From an uncultured Methanoregulaceae archaeon (GTDB lineage Archaea; Halobacteriota; Methanomicrobia; Methanomicrobiales; Methanospirillaceae): a DNA stretch of 64,000 nucleotides. The stretch covers positions 2,208,001 to 2,272,000 of the forward strand of contig OY969564.1 of assembly GCA_963701095.1 (NCBI GenBank), given 5' to 3'. A program made the translations under genes and the position numbers. The notes under the pieces were generated by a model, which was not told the DNA's origin, made no database searches, and saw only the letters and a program-made list of their open reading frames with translations. This document shows positions 51,137-60,699 of the stretch, piece by piece (position 1 is the first letter of the stretch; each line of letters starts with the position of its first letter).

Positions 51137-51751
51137 CTATCCGTGTCGCTCTCTGGTATCGATTAGGAATCCTTCATCGCTCACTGTGAAAGGTAGCATC
51201 TTTTCAGAAAGCTTGGCTCCCTGCATTTTGGGGATATTGAGAAAACGTTTGAGTTTATCCCCTTCAATTACGGTGGTCACCTGAATAATCCCGTCTGCCA
51301 TAGCCCGCAAAAGTGCCTCATGCCGTTCGGGGAGAACACCGCGATCTACAAGCAGGAGGAGAACATGGCCGGTTTTTGCTGCGGTGAGGAGCCGGGAAAT
51401 AGCGTCCCGGAATTCGGAAAGAGGCGTATCAAGGAAATAGAGTGAAAACTGATCTACGATCACCAGGTTGCAGTTCCCAGGGAGTGTAAGAATATCAAGG
51501 AGCGGTCCGGGAGCGGTTCCGTGCATTTCTTCAATATGGAATCCCTTCACCGGCAAAATTCTCAGGAGTTTCATGTCATCGCGGATCTCGTCTGATGCTC
51601 TTGTGGTGATATAACACACGTCTTTTCCGTCAGCTGCCGCCTCTGAGGCTATATATTGGGCATAGATTGATTTGGCGAGCCCCAAATCTTCTTCAATCAG
51701 GATCACGCTCTTTTTCGGAAAATTATCTAAGCCATGAACGAGTGTCATCAA
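51137..51751 (-). CDS. KaiC/RAD55-like (ArlH-like) RecA-fold protein with degenerate Walker A
   Basis: GLD..P.KSVILIEEDLGLAKS, LVIVD, ADGII, R.L.IPKM.G....PFTV...G..ID. Confidence 0.8.
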   Translation of the reverse strand: MMTLVHGLDNFPKKSVILIEEDLGLAKSIYAQYIASEAAADGKDVCYITTRASDEIRDDMKLLRILPVKGFHIEEMHGTAPGPLLDILTLPGNCNLVIVDQFSLYFLDTPLSEFRDAISRLLTAAKTGHVLLLLVDRGVLPERHEALLRAMADGIIQVTTVIEGDKLKRFLNIPKMQGAKLSEKMLPFTVSDEGFLIDTRERHG

Positions 51752-52007
51752 CTATCTTTTGCATGTCCCCTCTCATAAGTGCTTTCCAACTCAGATGGAA
51801 CTTCAACAAACGGAATTTGGCAAATCCGGGAAACAATTTAATGTAACCTGACAACAAAATTTCCGCTGTAATTCCCCATGATAACCTCCAATTTCATTTT
51901 AAATCGTTTGTTTTTTACAGAAACTTTTTATAGGAAAAGTACCCCACAATATTATATCCCCCACAGAGATCACTCCTGAAAAAGCGCGTCTCCGGGATGC
52001 AACAAAA

Positions 52008-52454
52008 ATGCAGACCATCCCAGACCTCTTCAGGCGTATTTATACTACGCCGGCATACATTGCCCTTATCCCGTCGATCGCAGTAATTATCGATTACACC
52101 CTGACTTTTTTTCTCGCTGAAAATACGGGAATGATTTTACAATGGGAGGCAAGCCCTCTTGTCCGGTTTGCCGTTGCACATAATAGTGTCTCGATTTACA
52201 TAATGGCGATTGTTATATTCTATTATAGCACGGCTTATGTAGTCCTCCACATCTTACAGTCCACTCAATATTATCGATATGGCGTAGCGTTGGTTTTACT
52301 GGTTAGCATAATACATATCCTTGGCGGATTATCGTGGCAATTCAAGACCGCATGGTATTCCAACAGCATTTTTGTGCTTTCATTTTTATCTGTTCTCATT
52401 GCGATCTGCCTTTTCGGGTATACTTTCTTCAGGCAGATTCATTCTTCACAATGA
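52008..52454 (+). CDS. Membrane protein (DUF5658-like)
   Basis: IIDYTLT...EASPL followed by TM helices. Confidence 0.65.
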   Translation: MQTIPDLFRRIYTTPAYIALIPSIAVIIDYTLTFFLAENTGMILQWEASPLVRFAVAHNSVSIYIMAIVIFYYSTAYVVLHILQSTQYYRYGVALVLLVSIIHILGGLSWQFKTAWYSNSIFVLSFLSVLIAICLFGYTFFRQIHSSQ

Positions 52455-52612
52455 AGATTGCGAACAATGCAAAGATTTTATCACAATAGTTATCTATACT
52501 AATCATATATGGCTATATTTTATTATCCCAAAAGAATATATCTAACTTGGAATAGAATACTTCGTCGAGCAGGTAGTGCGGGTAAAATAAGGGGGAGAAG
52601 GCCCGAACTGAA

Positions 52613-52837
52613 ATGGACGTGAAAAGAACCGTGAGCAGAACACAACCAGACCAGGAAAGAATGAATCATACAATCATTCCCGCCGCTGCCTGTCTCACGC
52701 TTCTCACCGCGGGAAGTCTTTCTATTTATGGGAATTTTGATCTTATTCTGCCTTCCATCATAGCGATCTCAATCGTTTGCATACTTTATTTAGTATTTAT
52801 GATGGTACTTCACAAAAGAAATATTCTTGAAACATAA
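52613..52837 (+). CDS. Small membrane protein
   Basis: Two hydrophobic segments in 74 aa. Confidence 0.5.
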   Translation: MDVKRTVSRTQPDQERMNHTIIPAAACLTLLTAGSLSIYGNFDLILPSIIAISIVCILYLVFMMVLHKRNILET

Positions 52838-52941
52838 GTCTCTTTTGAACTCTTCACCTATTCGCATAGTAATTCTCTACGTCGTGATTTTAGCATGGCA
52901 TGAATATATCGATCGCGATAACGGTGGAAAGTAGGAAGCCC

Positions 52942-53346
52942 TTACCGATGCGCGATGAGCAGTAATTTGTCTGAATACAAAAGCCAGAAAAGATTCACCG
53001 TGAATGCGAGCATATAAGGAGCACAGGCTACCTGGATGATCCGTGTTCCCAGCCCCTTAAAGTTTCGTTCCATGATATTTGCAACAATGATGGTGAAAAG
53101 GGCAAACATCAGTTTGAGTCCCAGATGAAGGAGCGGCTGGTGCACTATATAATTCATAAAGGGATTTGCCTCAGTTGCCGCTCCTGCCCCTGCACCTTTC
53201 CAGAGAAGAAGGGTTGTCGAGATGACATCAAAAATGACGAGAAAAGTGAGAAAGACCATCCACTGGCTATCGATAGTAATGTCATCGGGGAATAGCGTAT
53301 TTACTATAATTTTCAATCGGGAAGGTAAATTGTTACGCTGCATCAA
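52942..53346 (-). CDS. Membrane protein (DUF5658-like)
   Basis: FDVISTT...EANPFM....LKL....VN pattern. Confidence 0.7.
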   Translation of the reverse strand: MMQRNNLPSRLKIIVNTLFPDDITIDSQWMVFLTFLVIFDVISTTLLLWKGAGAGAATEANPFMNYIVHQPLLHLGLKLMFALFTIIVANIMERNFKGLGTRIIQVACAPYMLAFTVNLFWLLYSDKLLLIAHR

Positions 53347-53532
53347 AAGGGCGGCTCCGGGTAAAGACTCTTAATATGCTTATTTTCTTAATCCCTATAG
53401 ATAGTTTTAGTCTTTCGCAAAAAGTAAAATCTCATTCAATATGTTTTTTTAATATAGAGATTATACCTTAAGTATAGATACCGGCATGTTCGACTTGCCT
53501 GCTCTTTACTCCCCACCCTGGATCGTGCTGCT

Positions 53533-54216
53533 GTGAACCTAATTATCCTGAAATACGGAATCTTCATCGGGGCTCTTCTTGCAACCACCCTGTACGTCTC
53601 ACCTGCATTAAATCCGCTTTCAGCAGCGTCAGGAGAGCAGAACACCAGCGAGATCAATGCACAATCCGTCTTTGCGTTTGGCTCGCAGGTTTTTTATAAA
53701 CAGGTTTCCCAGCCCGGAAATGAGTATATGCAAGGAAGTGTTCAGGGGTATTCCCAGAACCTGATCCCAAATGATACAGAAAACCAGGCCTATTCCTCAT
53801 CATGGCAGGCTGGTGTTGCAGAATTTGAGTCCGGATATAACCGGTGTACAGCCGCACTTTTTGATCTTGCGTCAGTACCATCGCTGCAGACCAATCAGCA
53901 GAAAATGGCTGTATGTCAGGAGTTTTTGGATGGCGAAAACGAAATGACCCAGGCCAGGAATGATTTCCTTTCAGCTAAGAGCAGTACTTCGCCTGCAGTC
54001 GACTCAGGTTTTACCATTGCCATGGTACTGGAACGGGTTGACGAGATTATCCAGAGTTCGGATGATGCAGACGAGGCCTGCATGAAAGCAGTACTTGCCG
54101 ATCATAATCATGACCCTGCGGGATTTTCACAAAATCTCAAGGATACTCAAAGTGCGGTACAGGAAATGAAACGCGTTTATCCTGAGCTTGAGGTGTTGAG
54201 CACGGATTTTACCTGA
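53533..54216 (+). CDS. Secreted or membrane-anchored helical hypothetical protein
   Basis: N-terminal hydrophobic segment; 227-aa ORF. Confidence 0.65.
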   Translation: MNLIILKYGIFIGALLATTLYVSPALNPLSAASGEQNTSEINAQSVFAFGSQVFYKQVSQPGNEYMQGSVQGYSQNLIPNDTENQAYSSSWQAGVAEFESGYNRCTAALFDLASVPSLQTNQQKMAVCQEFLDGENEMTQARNDFLSAKSSTSPAVDSGFTIAMVLERVDEIIQSSDDADEACMKAVLADHNHDPAGFSQNLKDTQSAVQEMKRVYPELEVLSTDFT

Positions 54217-54300
54217 AATTTGCAGAGCAAAAGGAATGCGATCTATGAGAAAAAACGAAAAGCCGGAGAAATACCAGGAAACCCATCGAAAACAGGTGAT

Positions 54301-54633
54301 ATGTGCATGAAATTACCCGATCCAAGAAGACTGTTCGTTGATGACCGAGCCATAAGCGATGAAGAGTTCAGGAATCAAAACATTGTATATTTAATCACCG
54401 CTGCAGTTATGATGATTGCAGGGCCGCTTTTCATCTATCATGGGTTCAATCTCCTTCCGTGGCCGTATACAGCAAAGTGGGGGGCCCTTTCGATTGCTCT
54501 GGGGTCATTTGTCCTCGTCTTCGGTTTTAGCATCTGGCAGGATCGTCAGGTTCAAATCCTGCAGCGGATGTATATCAAAGACGCCACCGAGATAAAACAG
54601 CTCCTGAGGGAATTAAAGGAAGAGAGAAAATAG
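54301..54633 (+). CDS. Two-TM hypothetical protein
   Basis: AGGTGA RBS; two TM helices and a helical tail. Confidence 0.65.
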   Translation: MCMKLPDPRRLFVDDRAISDEEFRNQNIVYLITAAVMMIAGPLFIYHGFNLLPWPYTAKWGALSIALGSFVLVFGFSIWQDRQVQILQRMYIKDATEIKQLLRELKEERK

Positions 54634-54779
54634 GAGAGAATGGATATGCAACTGCAATCTCCTGTTTTCGGGGATACTTCTGGAGGAAAAAATGGTGATA
54701 GTGTGATCGCCCAAGTACCTCAGGGAATGCTGGATTGCAGATTTACGAATGCAATGCAACTCCCAAAGAGCAGAGCTGT

Positions 54780-55595
54780 ATGATACTTACACTCCTTTCC
54801 TGGAATGTAAACGGCCTCCGTGAATGTTATGACCGGAAATATTTCTTGCCGGTCTTCCGTCACAACCCGGAAATTGTCTGTATTCAGGAAACAAAAGCCT
54901 CCGAGGAGAAACTCCCGGAGAAGGTGCGGAACCTGTACGGATACCACACGTTTTTTTCTGCTGTGCCCCAGGGAAGTACCGCCGGTGTAGGGCTTTTTTC
55001 CCGGCACAATCCGATTTCTGTTCAGTATGGTTTTGGAAACCCGGTCCTTGATAATAAGGGACGGGTCCTTGTAGCTGATTACGGTAGTTTTGTTCTGCTC
55101 AATATGTCATTCCCGCTTGGGATCAAACCGATGGGAAATCTCGATCATAAACTGAAATTTTACGATGCATTTCTTCTGTACGTGCAATCGTTATGTGAAC
55201 AGAATCGACCGGTAATCATCTGTGGCGATTTCAATGTGGCCCACACTAATCAGGATCTCTATAATCCCCCTAAAAAACAGGTCCGGCAGATTGGCATTTC
55301 ACCGGAAGAACGCAGTCGTCTTGACCAGCTGATAAGTTTTGGCTTTTACGATACGTTCCGGATTTTTCATCAGGGACCTGGTAACTATACCCGGTGGCCG
55401 TTCCAGAATGATTCCCGGCAAAGGAATTTTGGCTGGCGTATAGATTACTGCTTTGTCAGTTCTGCACTCCGAAAGTATGTATCGGATGCCGCAATCATGA
55501 AGGAAGTCAAAGGATCGGATCATTGCCCGGTCATGTTGGAACTGAATCTACCGGAAGCGGAAATGTTCCTTTCTGGATCTAAAACATTGTCGTGA
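54780..55595 (+). CDS. xth: Exodeoxyribonuclease III
   Basis: SWNVNGLR, CIQETK, CGDFNVAH, GWRIDY, GSDHCPV; ATG at 54780. Confidence 0.94.
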   Translation: MILTLLSWNVNGLRECYDRKYFLPVFRHNPEIVCIQETKASEEKLPEKVRNLYGYHTFFSAVPQGSTAGVGLFSRHNPISVQYGFGNPVLDNKGRVLVADYGSFVLLNMSFPLGIKPMGNLDHKLKFYDAFLLYVQSLCEQNRPVIICGDFNVAHTNQDLYNPPKKQVRQIGISPEERSRLDQLISFGFYDTFRIFHQGPGNYTRWPFQNDSRQRNFGWRIDYCFVSSALRKYVSDAAIMKEVKGSDHCPVMLELNLPEAEMFLSGSKTLS

Positions 55596-55650
55596 TACAA
55601 CAACCCAAAAAAAGTTTTTTTAACGATATCAGTTATAAAAGGTCTGAAAT

Positions 55651-56175
55651 TTATACTGACGAAGTCAGAAGAATTTGCTGTGAATTATCCTTAAAATTTC
55701 CGATAACGATAATCTCATCAGGACCATTGGCTCCTCCAACGTTCGAATAAGTAAACTGTTGATTGACTGTGGGTTTGGGAAGCATCTGGTGAAGAACAAG
55801 CTCACCGGAATTACGAAGCTGGATATCAAGAGAGATGAGTTCTGCATCATCCTTTCCTCCCAGATAAATAATTCTGGCAGTATTACCGATAAGATAACCA
55901 CGAACAGCAACATTTTTTGCCGCAAATAACGTCAGACTACCATCAGGCAATAAAATAAAAGAATCAACCATGGCTTCAGGATTATTACTTGCAAGTTCCG
56001 GGAACATGGATACGTACATCTGCACTGAGAGATTCTGCTCTGGCGAGTGATTGATTATATGATACACTGGAACAGCGATTACTAGAAGAAGCACGAGAAC
56101 AGTGAACCCAATAAAAAATTTCTGAAATACAAGCAGTATGATTATCCCAAAACCTCTGCAATCTGCGGTTTTCAA
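55651..56175 (-). CDS. Membrane-anchored protein with an archaeal pilin-like C-terminal domain
   Basis: N-terminal TM; K.VAV....I.Y.GG.D...L...D.IIV.G.F.D.SQQILL...V resembles methanogen pilin globular domains (recalled pattern, not searched). Confidence 0.55.
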   Translation of the reverse strand: MKTADCRGFGIIILLVFQKFFIGFTVLVLLLVIAVPVYHIINHSPEQNLSVQMYVSMFPELASNNPEAMVDSFILLPDGSLTLFAAKNVAVRGYLIGNTARIIYLGGKDDAELISLDIQLRNSGELVLHQMLPKPTVNQQFTYSNVGGANGPDEIIVIGNFKDNSQQILLTSSV

Positions 56176-56300
56176 ACTCCTTTATATGATAAGAATCAGT
56201 TTTTATCTCGCTAAATTCTGTTTTAGATTAATTGCTATTGTTAACTATTGATTTTTGGGACAAAAATATATAAATATTTAGGTACTATGGTAAAATTAAT

Positions 56301-56648
56301 ATGAAAACGGGTTACGGGTGGATTGAGATCTATGCTGTCCGGTATGACCATGATATAATTGTTCACCGCGATCGTTCGATCGAGAAAAGATCCAAGAAAA
56401 AATCCCGCAAATACCGCAGTTTCTTTAAACATACACCTTTGACTGACAGCGAGCTCGCTTTTCTTGAGGAAGAAAAACCCGATATTGTGTATATCGGGAC
56501 CGGACAATTCGGTGATCTTCCCATTACCTCAGAGGCACTTCTGATTCTTGCAAAGTTTGGGGCAATAATCCGGCCGACCCCAGAGATAATGAATTTTTTT
56601 TCCTCTGAATATCGCTCATTTGCAGCTATCCTCCATGTAAAGTGCTGA
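56301..56648 (+). CDS. Mth938-like (DUF498) domain protein
   Basis: GYG.I......Y.HDIIV, P..V.IGTG..G, PT.E, AAILHV.C. Confidence 0.85.
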   Translation: MKTGYGWIEIYAVRYDHDIIVHRDRSIEKRSKKKSRKYRSFFKHTPLTDSELAFLEEEKPDIVYIGTGQFGDLPITSEALLILAKFGAIIRPTPEIMNFFSSEYRSFAAILHVKC

Positions 56649-56852
56649 TGTGAGTTGAAATGCCGGTAAAAGAAAGCCGCTTTTTTAAATTTTTCAGATT
56701 GTAACCATAGGTTCAGATCTTTTTGAAAAACAGCGGGATATCGTTTTTTGAAGCATGATCTGTTTTATTTTCATGGAAATCTATTTAGGGTTTGAAGAAT
56801 AGGTTTTGGATACTCGATATTAACCGGATTTTAAGTATCCTGAAGTGTAATA

Positions 56853-58798
56853 ATGGCTGAAAAACGTGAGATCCTTCATGAGCTCGGCGAAGATGAACTC
56901 CTCCTTCCTACTCTCCTCAACTCCGCCCTGAAAGCGAACGACAGGATCAAATATTATTTTACTCTTCTCCAGGCAGCAAAAAACCATGCAGATAACCCGG
57001 ATCAGAGCCATTCGAATCTTAGGGCTGAACGGGAGTCTGTTGGGATTTCCGATCCTGATCTCGATATAGTTGTTGGCGGTTCAACAAGGGCCGGAGAAAA
57101 AGAATATACCATCCCTTTGGCAGGACTGATTTTTCATGAAATGTCGATAGCCATTGAAGAAATGGTATCTCCCCTTGCCTCAAAAAATTCTCCAGAAGTG
57201 GACAGTTTCAATGAGAGATTTACCCACCTGCGTAGTTCCCTCTCTCTATCCGGAGAAGAACCGGTATCTGGCGATCTTATCAATAATATTACGCTGGCCG
57301 ACCGGGGCAGTGGTACTGACAGCCTTCACCTGCTGGTAATGGATCTTCATAAAGCCATAAATTCGCTGCAGACGCAGATCGCGAACGAAGAAATCGATGG
57401 TGCACTCGGCTATCTTCTCATCGACCCGGATCGGGAAATGGTCCGGGCCTTCATGACTGGCGTCAACCGCACAGCCCCGCTCAAATTCGGTCATCCCGGT
57501 CTTGCGACAATCGCAACCCGAACCGGGGACAAACTGGTAATCCAGAATGATATTGGCCTTACTGATGCACATGTACTCGTCGTCACAGTAAAAGATCAAA
57601 CGATTACCATTACTTATACGGATATTCACCTTCCACGGCTGCATTTCTTTCAGAGTCTCTTCCATCCATTTCGGGTGCAGTGGAGCGATACGATCTCCCG
57701 GACGCCGGAGAAAAAATTCGAAGCCCCGGTATACCACCTTTCCGTGGGAACTTTCACTGCACACGATGAAACAGATGCTTGGGATTTCCTCACTCATGCA
57801 GGGTCGCGTGTCGTCTTTTTAATCGATTGGAACCGGGCCCGGAAAAGATTGCGCAATTTTGTTCCGAATGCTGATGCAATTGAAATTCTTGCCCGTGCAG
57901 CTGAGGAGGAAACAGGGCACATCGCTTTCCTTGAGCTGGGGGGGAAAGGCTGATCTATGAGGCTCTCGAACTGGCATCAAGTATCCCTCTCCGGTACGGT
58001 GAACCGTTACATGCGATTCTTGGCAGGGAGCAGACCATGGAATATCTTCAGTTTGTCCTCCGGACAGCATCGAAGGGACTTCTGGCAAATACGTCCCGTT
58101 TTCTTCTTCAGAATGAGATCCGTGCCGAGCTGCTCCGGTATTTCCGGACGGCACACGAAGGGATGATGGATCTCTGCGAAGAACATGCCTCGTATTCCAT
58201 AGAAATCGCTTCAATCGTCCTTGAATCCTTATGGCTTGCATCTGATCAGCACGATCCTCTGATCATTTCGCGCAATGCCGCCCGGGGGAAGGAATGGGAG
58301 CATAATGCTGACGATCTTGTGAACAGGATGAGGAATCTCTCCCAAAGGATCCAGAACCCGGAATTCTTTATCTCTCTTATCGCAACCGCAGATGACGTCG
58401 CCGACTATCTGGAAGAGGCTGGCTTTTTCATTACCTTGATCCCGGTTCATACCGATTCCAAAGATATTTTCTTTGAGCTCAGGAACCTTGCGGAGCTGGT
58501 CCTGAAGGGATGCCGTGGTTACCTGAAAATCCTGATTGCAGCCCAGGAATTCCATAGCACGAGCCAGCGCGAAGATCTCAAGGATCTGCTGACCGCTGTT
58601 GACGAGGTCTTTTCAATTGAGCGGCTCTGTGACGAATCCCTGAGAAGGACAGAGCGGGTGATCTTTGAGCAGTGCACCGATTTTAAGGAATTCAATCTAT
58701 ACCTCGAGATTGCGAGAACCCTCGAAGAAGCTTCCAATGCCCTTTTGAAAGTTGCTTTCCACGTCAGGGACTACATGATAGAGAGCATGAACCGATAG
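56853..58798 (+). CDS. About 650-aa protein: unknown N-terminal region plus C-terminal DUF47/PhoU-like domain; split at G7 run 57938-57944
   Basis: Adding one G gives LGGERLIYEALE..GREQTMEY, joining ORFs 56853 and 58037; tail EHNADD, ADDVADYLEEAG, IERLCDE, LEEASN. Confidence 0.8.
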
Positions 58799-58810
58799 GA
58801 TGGATACCAA

Positions 58811-60412
58811 ATGACCGACGAAACGCCCCGGATTGTATTTTTCGGACCAGATGTTAAGACAGAAGTATCCTCGGATGATTTCGGGAATAAGGCGTCTGTA
58901 CTGACAAGGATGTCGGCTCTGGGTATCCCGGTGCCCCCTGGGTTTGCCCTATCTGTTGACCTCTGCGAGGAATATTTCCGGAATGGTCAGGTTCTTCCCG
59001 ATGATGTACCTGAATTACTCCGGCAGGGACTTGCCTTCATCGAGCGGTCTACCGGGCTGCGATATGGTGCCAGTCGAAGGCCTCTGCTTGTCTCGGCACG
59101 CTCCGGAGCGGCCGTGAGCATGCCCGGGGCAATGGAGACGATCCTTAATATCGGGCTCAACCGTGTTACCGTGCGAGGCCTTATTGCACAGACCGGGAAC
59201 CCGAGATTTGCCTGGGATTCTTACCGGAGGTTCCTTGAATATTTTGGAACAATTGTTTTCTCCCATGATCCTGGGTCATACCGGAAAATTGAACGCCAGG
59301 TTATGGAAGAGGAACACGTGCCAGATGAATCCGTTCTTGATTTTGCCGCCATGAGAAGCATCGCTGAACAGTACGAACAATTGTATCCCCGTACAAACGG
59401 TAAGCGATTGCCGGATGATGTCTTCTCGCAGCTCGAACTCGCAACAACGGCGATCCTCCAGTCATGGAACAGCTCCCGTGCCCAGGCTTTCAGAAATATG
59501 AATCTCAATTCAGGCGCACGAGGAACTGGTGTTACGATAGAAGCCATGGTTTTTGGAAACCTGGGCTCGCTCTCCGGGGCTGGTGTTGCATTCTCACGAA
59601 ACCCCTTGACCGGCGTTAACGAACTTCTTGTTGATTTCAAGTTCGGCGCACAAGGTGAAGATATTGTATCAGGACTCATGGGGGTCGTGTCGCACCAAGA
59701 ATTCGCCGCAAGGATTCCTCTTGCTGCGCGTGAATTATCCGAGGCTGCGAAGAGACTTGAGTTCATGTACCGTGATATGCAGGATATAGAATTCACGGTT
59801 CAGGAAGGGAAACTTTTCATCCTCCAAAGCAGATCCGGGAAACGCGCTCCGCTCGCCGCCCTGAAAATCGCTGTAGATCTTGTCCACGAAAATATTATTG
59901 CAAAAGACGAAGCAGTTAGCCGGGTGAGGGATATCGATGCAGAGGCGATCACCATTCAGACTATCAAAACCTCTAAATCGCCTCTTGCTGTGGGTATTTC
60001 AGCTTCCATGGGTGTAGCATCTGGGAAAATTGCCCTTAGTGCCGAATACGCAATCGAATTATCTAAAAATTCGCCGGTCATCCTCGTCCGGGAAACCGCA
60101 AATCCGGATGACATTGGTGGTATTGGTGCCTCTCTTGGTATCCTTACGGTGAGAGGTGCAAGAACCTCCCATGCAGCCGTTGTCGCACGACAAATGGGGA
60201 AAGTGTGTATTGTGAGTTGTGGCGACCTGAAAATTGATCTGGCTCGGCGTGCGTGCACCTTCCCCGGACGTGATCTCTACGAGGGTGATTATATCACCCT
60301 TGATGGCGGGAATGGACAGATTTATGAAGGGATCGTTCCCGTGGTAGTGGAGAAACCAGTAGAACTTATTCAAGAGCTGCGTATGTGGAATTCAGATACA
60401 CCTGCCCTATGA
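58811..60412 (+). CDS. PPDK-like protein: ATP-grasp plus phosphohistidine domains, no pyruvate-binding barrel
   Basis: GNK..L, GIPVPPGF, PLLVS.RSGA.VSMPG.M.T.LN.G, MVFGN, AQGEDIVSG, DIEFT, LQSR.GKR, TSHAAVVAR; stops at 533 aa. Confidence 0.9.
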   Translation: MTDETPRIVFFGPDVKTEVSSDDFGNKASVLTRMSALGIPVPPGFALSVDLCEEYFRNGQVLPDDVPELLRQGLAFIERSTGLRYGASRRPLLVSARSGAAVSMPGAMETILNIGLNRVTVRGLIAQTGNPRFAWDSYRRFLEYFGTIVFSHDPGSYRKIERQVMEEEHVPDESVLDFAAMRSIAEQYEQLYPRTNGKRLPDDVFSQLELATTAILQSWNSSRAQAFRNMNLNSGARGTGVTIEAMVFGNLGSLSGAGVAFSRNPLTGVNELLVDFKFGAQGEDIVSGLMGVVSHQEFAARIPLAARELSEAAKRLEFMYRDMQDIEFTVQEGKLFILQSRSGKRAPLAALKIAVDLVHENIIAKDEAVSRVRDIDAEAITIQTIKTSKSPLAVGISASMGVASGKIALSAEYAIELSKNSPVILVRETANPDDIGGIGASLGILTVRGARTSHAAVVARQMGKVCIVSCGDLKIDLARRACTFPGRDLYEGDYITLDGGNGQIYEGIVPVVVEKPVELIQELRMWNSDTPAL

Positions 60413-60431
60413 CCAGGATGATTCCATCGTT

Positions 60432-60677
60432 TTATTCTTTCTTGTAATCCTTCAGGGAATCAAGCGTTTTCTGATCAACTCGAATTTTTCCTTTAAGCTT
60501 CCGTACCTTTATCCAGGTTTCCAGATATTTCAAAAATCCATTTTTTCCGATGGAAGAGTCATCTAATACTTTCTTTGCTGCCTGGTATTCCGCCGTGGTG
60601 TTTGCAACCTGTTTTTCCGCATCGCGGACGGATTTCTGGTATGCTGCATCAGTCATTCGGGCAGGGAGGGGTTTCAT
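60432..60677 (-). CDS. Small basic helical hypothetical protein
   Basis: 81-aa ORF with GAGGT RBS. Confidence 0.55.
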   Translation of the reverse strand: MKPLPARMTDAAYQKSVRDAEKQVANTTAEYQAAKKVLDDSSIGKNGFLKYLETWIKVRKLKGKIRVDQKTLDSLKDYKKE

Positions 60678-60699
60678 CTTAATTACCTCTTGAATAAAT

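Noticed and set aside
57938..57947. GGGGGGGAAA as a programmed -1 frameshift or phase-variable tract
   Set aside because: Not a canonical X-XXY-YYZ site in the reading frame, and similar indels occur across the window; homopolymer error is simpler, though reads are needed to exclude it
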